Assembly (NCBI GenBank): GCA_051745165.1
Contig: JBNJDU010000002.1
Span: forward strand, 5,479 to 69,478
Direction: 5' to 3'
DNA: 64,000 nt
Source of the DNA: Patescibacteria group bacterium
GTDB lineage: Bacteria; Patescibacteriota; Minisyncoccia; Minisyncoccales; PWPS01
Below the pieces are notes generated by a model. It was not told where the DNA came from and did no database searches. It saw nothing but the letters and a program-made list of their open reading frames with translations. A program made the translations under genes and the position numbers. This document shows, one piece after another, positions 16,426-25,366 of this stretch (within the stretch, counting starts at the first letter, position 1; every line of letters starts with the position of its first letter).

Positions 16426-18021
16426 ATGAACAAAGAAAATAAAAAAATAATTTTAATTGATTTTTTATTTCTTAACCACTATAGCTTGGGCCTGCTAATC
16501 CTTAAAAAACTAATGAAAAATAATGGTCTTGATGTTGAAATAGTAAATCTATCGAAAGAGATAAATAGGGGCAATATAGACAAAAAGAAAATTTATCAAG
16601 ATTTAATTTCAGTGATTTCTAACAAAAAACCCACTCATGTTGGTTTTTCTGCTATGAGTGCTAATTATGTTGATATTCTTGTGGCTGCAAAAAAAATTAA
16701 AAAAGAACTTCCGGAAGTAACAATTTTCTTAGGTGGCCCTCAAGCATCTTTAACTGATGAAGCAACTTTAACTAATTTTCCTTCTATAGATTTTATTTAC
16801 CGAGGGGAGGTCGAAGGTGCTATAAATGAGCTATCTGAATATATTAAAGGAAATATTAAACCGAAAAAAGTCCCTAATCTCTCATATCGGAAAGGTGGGG
16901 AGATAGTTCAAAATAAAGAAGTTTCTTTAATTAAAGAAAGAGAATTACCAACTATAGAATATGATAAAGAATATTTAAATGAACATAAAGTGGTATGTGT
17001 TGAAGGAGGAAGGGGTTGTCCATTTAATTGCACTTATTGCTCTTCATCCAACTATTGGCAAAATAATTTTAGAATGAAACCTATCGAGAATTTAATTTCT
17101 GAAATGGAGAAAAATACAACTAAAAATCAAGATCGAGTCAGTATAATACATGACATTTTTACTCTAAATAAAAAGAAAATAGAAAAATTTTGCAAAAAAA
17201 TACAAGATAAAGAAATACAATGGTCCTGCTCTGCAAGGGCAGATTCTTTAGATAAAGACTTAATAAAGTTAATGAAAAGATCCGGCTGCGTTGGTATTTT
17301 TTTAGGAATTGAGACTGGCGACCAAAAAATTCAGAAAAAAATAAATAAAAATTTAAATTTAGACCATACAGATAAAATAATAAACGATATTAATGATGTG
17401 GGTGGAATAAAAATAGTAACTTCTTTTATTGTCGGTTTTCCATTCGATAAGCCAACCTCATTTTACAATACACTTAAAAGGATTTTTAAGTATAAAAAAA
17501 ACGAATGTGAAATTAAAATGTTTACCCTTAAACCGGAAAAGGGATCCTCTTTATACAAAGAGTATAAAAACAACTTATTTTTTAATAATTATTTCTATCT
17601 AGATAATTGGTTCGCTGAAAAGATAGAAAATGAAACTGAAGCAATTAAGCTGATAGAAGAAAATCCAGATCTGTTCAGTCATCACTATCGAATAAAACCT
17701 GAACATTTTAATGCTTATTATTTTGAAGGTTTAGAAAAAATAGGAAAAGCAATCTTAACCTCCACCCCTCAAGCTTTTTATCTCTGGATGAAAAAATTTG
17801 AAAATCATCCGGAAACCTTCTTTAAGGAGATAAAAGATATAATGGGTTGGAAGAGTCCCTACACTATTACTAAAAAAGAGCTCTTAAAATTAAGTAACAA
17901 AAAAAATATTTTGCTCTCGTTTATGGCTTATTTCGAAACTAACAAACAATATATAGATAAAGACATAAAAACCACCTACAACAAAGAGTTAAGAGAAGCA
18001 AAAGAAAGATTAAGTAATTAA
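16426..18021 (+). CDS. B12-binding-domain radical SAM protein (CPFNCTYCSS = CxxxCxxC)
   Basis: N-terminal cobalamin-binding-like domain followed by the radical SAM core. Start set at the Met at 16426, after the upstream stop. Confidence 0.75.
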   Translation: MNKENKKIILIDFLFLNHYSLGLLILKKLMKNNGLDVEIVNLSKEINRGNIDKKKIYQDLISVISNKKPTHVGFSAMSANYVDILVAAKKIKKELPEVTIFLGGPQASLTDEATLTNFPSIDFIYRGEVEGAINELSEYIKGNIKPKKVPNLSYRKGGEIVQNKEVSLIKERELPTIEYDKEYLNEHKVVCVEGGRGCPFNCTYCSSSNYWQNNFRMKPIENLISEMEKNTTKNQDRVSIIHDIFTLNKKKIEKFCKKIQDKEIQWSCSARADSLDKDLIKLMKRSGCVGIFLGIETGDQKIQKKINKNLNLDHTDKIINDINDVGGIKIVTSFIVGFPFDKPTSFYNTLKRIFKYKKNECEIKMFTLKPEKGSSLYKEYKNNLFFNNYFYLDNWFAEKIENETEAIKLIEENPDLFSHHYRIKPEHFNAYYFEGLEKIGKAILTSTPQAFYLWMKKFENHPETFFKEIKDIMGWKSPYTITKKELLKLSNKKNILLSFMAYFETNKQYIDKDIKTTYNKELREAKERLSN

Positions 18022-18039
18022 TCTAAATAGGTAATAAAC

Positions 18040-18972
18040 TTAGAGAATAAAGTTTAGAAAAACCCCTAAAACAATAATTCCGAGAGACAAAACTCCTCCG
18101 TAGTAAAAGAGGAGTTTTTTCTTCATTGCTTTTTTTAAAAGAATAAATTGAGGGAAGGAAAGGGCAGCAACTGACATCATAAAAGCAACTGCGGTACCTA
18201 CCGGTAATCCTTTAGCTATAAGGCTCTCAGCAACTGGTATAACTCCCATTATGTCGGTATAGACCGGAACTCCAACTATAACAGCTCCAGGGACTGAGAA
18301 CGGACCAGAAAGGTAATCAGCAATAATAGTTTCAGGGACGAGCCCATGAATTAGCGCTCCTACTGTAACTCCTAGCAAAACATAAGGAAGAATTTGCTTT
18401 AATATGCTCAATCCGTCTTCATATGCAGACTTTAATCTTTCCTTTATAGTAAGCTTAACCTCTTCCATTTCAATATCTGTTGATCCTAAATCAAAATTAA
18501 TTAAATGTTTTTCCATTCCTAGTTTTGTAAGTAAAATACTACCCAAGACAGCAACCGTAATACCACCTATTAAATAAGCAAGAGTAAACTTTAGCCCTAA
18601 TGTTCCAAAAAGAACTATTATAGCAGCTAAATTAACCATTGGAGAAACAAAGAGAAAAGTAATTATAATTCCAAAAGGAATTCCAGCCGAAACTAAACCT
18701 AAAAATATAGGAATTGTTGAACAACTGCAAAAAGGTGAAATTATACCTAATCCAGAAGCTAAAAAATACCCAACAATAGATTTCTTTCCTTTTAAATAAT
18801 TTCTAATCTTCTCCGGAGGAAAATAAGTTCGAAGAAAAGCAATAATAAAAATAACAAATCCTAAAATAAAAAGGATTTTCAAGTTATTATAAAACCAATA
18901 TTCAACCACTTCTGCAATCCTTCCAGTTAAAGGCAAGTATGAAACTATAAATTGAGCTATTGATTTAAACAT
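18040..18972 (-). CDS. arsP: ArsP-like permease (COG0701 family; conserved SPFCSCSTIP motif)
   Basis: The TPFCSCS-type motif in a TM helix is the hallmark of organoarsenical efflux permease ArsP and relatives. The gene sits in an ArsR-headed operon next to a redox-active disulfide protein. Confidence 0.6.
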   Translation of the reverse strand: MFKSIAQFIVSYLPLTGRIAEVVEYWFYNNLKILFILGFVIFIIAFLRTYFPPEKIRNYLKGKKSIVGYFLASGLGIISPFCSCSTIPIFLGLVSAGIPFGIIITFLFVSPMVNLAAIIVLFGTLGLKFTLAYLIGGITVAVLGSILLTKLGMEKHLINFDLGSTDIEMEEVKLTIKERLKSAYEDGLSILKQILPYVLLGVTVGALIHGLVPETIIADYLSGPFSVPGAVIVGVPVYTDIMGVIPVAESLIAKGLPVGTAVAFMMSVAALSFPQFILLKKAMKKKLLFYYGGVLSLGIIVLGVFLNFIL

Positions 18973-19201
18973 TTAAATATTCTTCAATTCTTTCTCTAGT
19001 AGGAACTTTTCCTTTTGATTTTACCTCCCCATCAACAACTATTGCAGGCAGGCTCATAATTCCCTCTTTGATTGCTTTAGCAGAGTCATTTACTTTTTTA
19101 TATTCTACATCCAAGTCATTATCTTTAATAACTGTCTTTACTATACTTTCAACTTGACTGCATTTAGAACAACAATTAGTGCCATAAATAGTAACTTTCA
19201 T
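18965..19201 (-). CDS. Thioredoxin-family redox-active disulfide protein (CxxC: NCCSKCSQ)
   Basis: 78 aa; resembles the small redox-active disulfide protein 2 family that commonly pairs with COG0701 permeases. Confidence 0.65.
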   Translation of the reverse strand: MKVTIYGTNCCSKCSQVESIVKTVIKDNDLDVEYKKVNDSAKAIKEGIMSLPAIVVDGEVKSKGKVPTRERIEEYLNV

Positions 19202-19827
19202 AATAGTTTATTAATTATATTTATAATCTCTTTCGCCTTTTGTTGATTGTTTTCAAAATAAATAGTTGGTCTTCTACTAGCCTTAATTCTTCTTCCAAAT
19301 TCATCGGTAACATGAACTAATTCAGATTTTGAATAGTTAGTGTTTTCAAAAGAAGTAATAATTATCCCTTCTTCTATTTTAGAATACGGATCTTTAACTT
19401 TTTCTAAGTCATCCTCTAATTGAGGAAAACTGTTTAAAACTTCTTTTTTATTAAGGTCAGTATAGAAATCAAATTCATCTAGCTCAGTTTCAGTAACAGT
19501 TAATTCTTCCTTTGCTAAAAAAGAATAGCCATTATCTATTTTTAAACTTTTTAAATTAGGTTCATTAGACTTCAATTTCCTGCCAGAGATTACAAAATCA
19601 GCCTCCCCATTCTCAAAAATTTCAAGCGCCTCCTTAGTAGAAGAAGCTCTAACAATCTGAAACCCTTTTTCACTAAGCTCAGGCAGATAGTCATGATAAG
19701 TAGGACAACTAACAACAGTTAAGCTTCTTCCTACCTCTGCTTTTAAGAAATTATCGTCTATATCAAAATTGTAAGAGAGAAAAATAAATGCAAAAACAAA
19801 TATAAAAGTCAAGATTTTCTTTTTCAT
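19198..19827 (-). CDS. Secreted hypothetical protein (signal peptide), possible small periplasmic-binding-like fold
   Basis: ORF track; N-terminal signal peptide. No decisive motif. Confidence 0.4.
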   Translation of the reverse strand: MKKKILTFIFVFAFIFLSYNFDIDDNFLKAEVGRSLTVVSCPTYHDYLPELSEKGFQIVRASSTKEALEIFENGEADFVISGRKLKSNEPNLKSLKIDNGYSFLAKEELTVTETELDEFDFYTDLNKKEVLNSFPQLEDDLEKVKDPYSKIEEGIIITSFENTNYSKSELVHVTDEFGRRIKASRRPTIYFENNQQKAKEIINIINKLL

Positions 19828-19830
19828 GTT

Positions 19831-20967
19831 TTAAAAACCAATAAGATAATAATAAGATAAAAAGAATAAAACGATAGTTCCTGCTAAATAAACCCAGGTT
19901 ATAAGGTTAGACTCCGCAATCCATACCTCTTTGGTAATTACTGCTCCAGCAAAAATAATAAGCTCAATAAGCATATAAAAGAACAAATATAAAACTATAT
20001 AGGCTCCATAACCCAGCCAACTTAGTCCGCTTTCTGCTAAAATGCTTCCGTAAACCATAGGCAATCCAAAAGAGCAAGGCAACTCAACTAAAGTCATAAT
20101 GGCGGCAAAAAAGATTACGCTTCCTGCTAAAACAAGGACTTCTGTCTTTTCATTAAAAGATTTTTTAAGTTTTTTAGTGGCTTTATTAGCTAATTTACTA
20201 CTTGAAGACTGACAAGTAGGTCCGTATTTTAAAAACTTTAAAAATTGATAAAAGAAGTAAACTCCACCCAAAAGTGAGGCTATTCCAATAACAATATTCA
20301 AAGGCCCAATAAACGAAGCTAACGCTTCAAAAAGAGCTGTCCAGGCAAAAACTAAAGTTCCGTATATAATTACAGCAGTTAATATAAAAAGACCGCCATA
20401 AAACACAATCTTCTTTCTAGAATCAAAAGCTAAAACGATCATTAAAATTAATATCAAAGCACCTATAGAACAAACATTAAGCCCGTCTAAACTACCAATT
20501 ACTACCGCTAAAAATGGTAAAGACCAATCCTCAACATCAACCCTCCCTACAAAAGGAATATCTACTTCCCCTCTTACTTGATCTATTTCATGCTGAACAT
20601 TCTCACCTTCAATTGCTCTTTTAATTAAACTCTTATCCTCTTCAAAAAATCCAATAAATAAATTATCTCCAATAAGAGTTGTGGGGGTCATTAAAGTATA
20701 ATCTTTAAATCCTTTCTCATTTAAAAGACTTTCAAAGTCACTCCTTTCTTCTTGATTTTCTATGATATAAGAGCGTATTTCTACAGATGGATACTCTTCC
20801 TTAATTTCGCTTTCTAAAAACTCTTTTTCTTGAGCACATGTGCTACATCTTTCATCTTCAAAAAAATGAATAGCCTCTCCTTGCTCTGGTTTTTCTTGAG
20901 CAAATCCAAAAACCGGAACAATAAATAGCAAAAGAACCGCTAATAAGAGAGTTATTTTTTTAATCAT
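19831..20967 (-). CDS. Thiol:disulfide interchange membrane protein: N-terminal thioredoxin-like CxxC domain (CSTCAQ) fused to a CcdA/DsbD-like multi-TM domain
   Basis: Signal peptide, CxxC motif, then ~6 TM helices that carry Cys residues. Confidence 0.55.
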   Translation of the reverse strand: MIKKITLLLAVLLLFIVPVFGFAQEKPEQGEAIHFFEDERCSTCAQEKEFLESEIKEEYPSVEIRSYIIENQEERSDFESLLNEKGFKDYTLMTPTTLIGDNLFIGFFEEDKSLIKRAIEGENVQHEIDQVRGEVDIPFVGRVDVEDWSLPFLAVVIGSLDGLNVCSIGALILILMIVLAFDSRKKIVFYGGLFILTAVIIYGTLVFAWTALFEALASFIGPLNIVIGIASLLGGVYFFYQFLKFLKYGPTCQSSSSKLANKATKKLKKSFNEKTEVLVLAGSVIFFAAIMTLVELPCSFGLPMVYGSILAESGLSWLGYGAYIVLYLFFYMLIELIIFAGAVITKEVWIAESNLITWVYLAGTIVLFFLSYYYLIGF

Positions 20968-20978
20968 AGTAGTAAATA

Positions 20979-21284
20979 TTACAAAAAGTTATTAATTATA
21001 TTTTTATATTTCTTTATCTTCTTCTCATTTAAACTGTAAAAAACATTCAAGCCATCTTTTCTTGAATCAACAATCTCAGCTTCACTCAAAACTTTTAAGT
21101 GATGAGAGGCTAAATTTTGAGGAAGTTCTAGTTGTTCTTGAATATCACAAACACATCGCTCTCCTTGTTTAAGTAAGCAAATAATACGAATTCTGTTTTT
21201 AGCAGAAATAAGCTTCAAAAAATCAGCAACATTATCTATTTCAAATGATTTTTTTGACTTCTTTTTGCAACATTCGTTAGTCAT
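20979..21284 (-). CDS. ArsR/SmtB-family HTH transcriptional regulator
   Basis: Segment ICLLKQGERCVCDIQEQLELPQNLASHHLKVLSEAEIV. Confidence 0.8.
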   Translation of the reverse strand: MTNECCKKKSKKSFEIDNVADFLKLISAKNRIRIICLLKQGERCVCDIQEQLELPQNLASHHLKVLSEAEIVDSRKDGLNVFYSLNEKKIKKYKNIINNFL

Positions 21285-21296
21285 AATAATAAATTA

Positions 21297-21314
21297 TATC
21301 AATGCTCATTGATA
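21297..21314. promoter_or_regulatory. Candidate ArsR operator: palindrome TATCAATG-ctc-ATTGATA directly upstream of the arsR start, overlapping a putative -10
   Basis: Perfect 7/8-bp inverted repeat 13-30 nt upstream of the arsR ATG on the minus strand. TTGACA is found ~25 nt further upstream. Confidence 0.45.
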
Positions 21315-21349
21315 ATGATAACAAAAAACCCTTTATTGTCAATTAAAAA

Positions 21350-21375
21350 ACCCACCTATTAGTAGGTGGGTTTCA
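21350..21375 (-). terminator. Rho-independent terminator (cccacctattagtaggtggg + T-run on minus)
   Basis: 7-bp perfect stem flanked by A/T runs, between the 21394 gene end and arsR. Confidence 0.6.
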
Positions 21376-21393
21376 TTACCTTTTTAAAGATGT

Positions 21394-21825
21394 TTAATAT
21401 TCACAACCAACCTGTTCTCCTAAAGTGGAAGGGTCTCTAGCTCCCTCATAAACTTCTCCGCTAATTTGTATTTCAGGAACATAGCCAGTCTCTGCATTGT
21501 CTTTACATTCTTGTTGCTCCTCAGCAGTTCCTTCTTGAGTACACTCTACATATACTGGATCAACTGCCTCTTCACCCCCTAAGGAAGCAACTAACTGTTG
21601 GCATGCTGGGCATGTTGCGGATCCGTAGATAACTAAATCATTTTCTGCAAGACAGTCAACAAGTTCACCTAATTCTTCGCTCCCTTCTTCTTCGACTACT
21701 TCTTCATTGTTATTTTCTGGAGTGTTAGTTGGTTCTTCTGGATTAGTTTCAACCATTCCAGATAAAAATATTGCTCCAGAAATTACAAAAACAGCAATTA
21801 TAATAGCTAAGATGTCTTTATTCAT
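21394..21825 (-). CDS. Secreted Cys-containing thioredoxin-fold-like protein (CPAC motif), acidic N-terminal region
   Basis: Signal peptide; YGSATCPACQQLV resembles a glutaredoxin/thioredoxin active-site context. Confidence 0.4.
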   Translation of the reverse strand: MNKDILAIIIAVFVISGAIFLSGMVETNPEEPTNTPENNNEEVVEEEGSEELGELVDCLAENDLVIYGSATCPACQQLVASLGGEEAVDPVYVECTQEGTAEEQQECKDNAETGYVPEIQISGEVYEGARDPSTLGEQVGCEY

Positions 21826-21918
21826 ATGTTTTATTTATATTATTTTTTTACACTTTTATTCTAACACAAGCAAACTCCTTTATAAAGATCTAATTTAAGT
21901 AGCTTGCAAGACAAATGC

Positions 21919-22004
<86 letters not shown>

Positions 22005-22013
22005 AAATTTTAA

Positions 22014-22550
22014 TTAACTTCTTGGTAAATCAGAAATAATTTCTGATATAGTTGGATATTTAGCAGATAATTTATATTTAAAAAGTCCAACTACTGTTAA
22101 AACATCAGACATTTCATCTTCTAGACTTTCTGGACCAGTAAATACCTCTGCTGTTTCTTCTATTAGTGTCTTAGTATAATTATTAATCACTTCATCGCTA
22201 AGCTTTTCTCTCAAATAGTTAATAATCTTTTTAAATTCTCCACGATCCAACCAAATTCCTTCACAAACATTACAAATATCTACCTTTATATCCGAGTCAT
22301 CATAAGCAACTTCATACATCGGAACTTCACATTTAGGACACATCTTCTCTTCTTTTGAAATGGTAAATTTAGTCCTATCTTCCCAAAGATCAATATCCAT
22401 CCAATCCAAATTTTTATCTTTTACATCTTTAGCTATGCGGAGTTCTCCTTTGTCAAACCAAACCCCTAAGCCTTGAGGGCAATAATCAACCTCTGTATTA
22501 TAAAAAATTGCTTGTTTTAAATCTGTTTTTGTGTGGGTAGGACATTTCAT
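22014..22550 (-). CDS. Zinc-ribbon protein (two CPxC...CxxC TFIIB-type zinc-ribbon-like motifs)
   Basis: The ORF track gives 22014..22736, but the first 62 codons overlap the groEL 3' end out of frame. The Met at 22550 (MKCPTHTK...) is the likely start. Confidence 0.45.
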   Translation of the reverse strand: MKCPTHTKTDLKQAIFYNTEVDYCPQGLGVWFDKGELRIAKDVKDKNLDWMDIDLWEDRTKFTISKEEKMCPKCEVPMYEVAYDDSDIKVDICNVCEGIWLDRGEFKKIINYLREKLSDEVINNYTKTLIEETAEVFTGPESLEDEMSDVLTVVGLFKYKLSAKYPTISEIISDLPRS

Positions 22551-22641
22551 AGTGGTTTTATAATAAACTATTTTTACTGATTTTTCAAATAAAACTTCCC
22601 GCCTTCTAAGCGGGAAGTTTTCTCTTTTCTTTTTAATAGGG

Positions 22642-24309
<1,668 letters not shown>

Positions 24310-24341
24310 TTACTTCGAGTAAAACTCTTAGTAAAAACTTA

Positions 24342-24635
24342 TTAATTTTCTACAATAGCTAAAATGTCTTCTTCTTTTGCGATCAAATATTCTTCTTCAT
24401 CAATTTTAATTTCGTTTGGTCCGTACTTGGTAAAGATTACTTCGTCTCCTTCTTTTACCTCTGGCTTTATTCTTTCTCCATCCTTATCTCTTTTTCCAGG
24501 ACCTGTAGCCATTACTTCTCCTCTTTCTGGTTTGCTTTCACCAGCAGAATCGGGGAGAAGAATTCCGCTTTCGGTCTTTTCTTCTTTCTTTTTTGGTTTT
24601 ATAACAATATTGTCAGCAAGTGGTTTTAAGTTCAT
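24342..24635 (-). CDS. groS: Co-chaperonin GroES
   Basis: 97-aa GroES fold motifs (GILLPDSA..., mobile loop). Confidence 0.9.
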   Translation of the reverse strand: MNLKPLADNIVIKPKKKEEKTESGILLPDSAGESKPERGEVMATGPGKRDKDGERIKPEVKEGDEVIFTKYGPNEIKIDEEEYLIAKEEDILAIVEN

Positions 24636-24668
24636 ATTTTTCTTTTTTTAATTTATAAAAGCGACCTT

Positions 24669-24695
24669 TTAGCAGAGCTTACCTCTGAGTGCTAA
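24669..24695. promoter_or_regulatory. CIRCE-like HrcA operator (TTAGCAgag-N9-GAGTGCTAA; right half-site perfect, left half degenerate) between promoter and groES
   Basis: Compared with the CIRCE consensus TTAGCACTC-N9-GAGTGCTAA. A TTGACA-16-TAATAAT promoter on the minus strand lies just upstream (24700-24735). Confidence 0.5.
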
Positions 24696-24760
24696 CAACA
24701 TTATTATTTATGAATTTGTCTTTGTCAAGCCTTTAAAATCAAGCTAAGAATAGTCTTTAT

Positions 24761-25138
24761 TTGTCATACAAAGATGATATGATACAATTAGTTAAAATGA
24801 GTAAATTAATTGCACAACTTCTTGCCGGAATAGCCGCTTTAAAACTGGCTCATGTATATCTTCCAGGAGTACTTTTTGAGGGGAGTACTGAAATGCTGAT
24901 TTTTGCCGGTTTAACTTTAGGAGTTTTGAATTTTTTCATAAAGCCAATTTTAAAGATAATTACTCTCCCTTTACAAATATTGACATTGGGACTTTTTTCT
25001 TTTATAATCAACATCGCTATAGTATACTTCGTAGATCTCGCATTTTATGAACTTATTTTTGATGGATTTTGGCCTTTAGCCTACTTTATTGTATTATTAT
25101 GGCTAGTTAACTTAATTTTATCTTCACTTTTAGAATAA
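24761..25138 (+). CDS. DUF360/YvlD (phage holin family 4-like) small membrane protein
   Basis: Four predicted TM helices; pattern similar to the Phage_holin_4_2/YvlD family. Confidence 0.5.
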   Translation: MSYKDDMIQLVKMSKLIAQLLAGIAALKLAHVYLPGVLFEGSTEMLIFAGLTLGVLNFFIKPILKIITLPLQILTLGLFSFIINIAIVYFVDLAFYELIFDGFWPLAYFIVLLWLVNLILSSLLE

Positions 25139-25144
25139 AAATTT

Positions 25145-25366
25145 ATGCAAATTGAACCATTATTACCTTACGCGCAAATTATAGTAGCTGCTCTTTTGAT
25201 AACTGTAATTTTATTACAGCAAGGACAAGCAGCTATGGGAGGATCTTTCGGTCAATCCGGAGAATTTTCAACCACTAGAAGAGGACCTCAAAAACACCTC
25301 TTTACTTTAACTATTATTTTAGGTGTTTTCTTTATTGGCTTGGCGATTCTTAACCTACTAATATAA
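25145..25366 (+). CDS. secG: Preprotein translocase subunit SecG
   Basis: Two-TM 73-aa protein with LLQQGQ..GG..G motif typical of SecG. Confidence 0.75.
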   Translation: MQIEPLLPYAQIIVAALLITVILLQQGQAAMGGSFGQSGEFSTTRRGPQKHLFTLTIILGVFFIGLAILNLLI

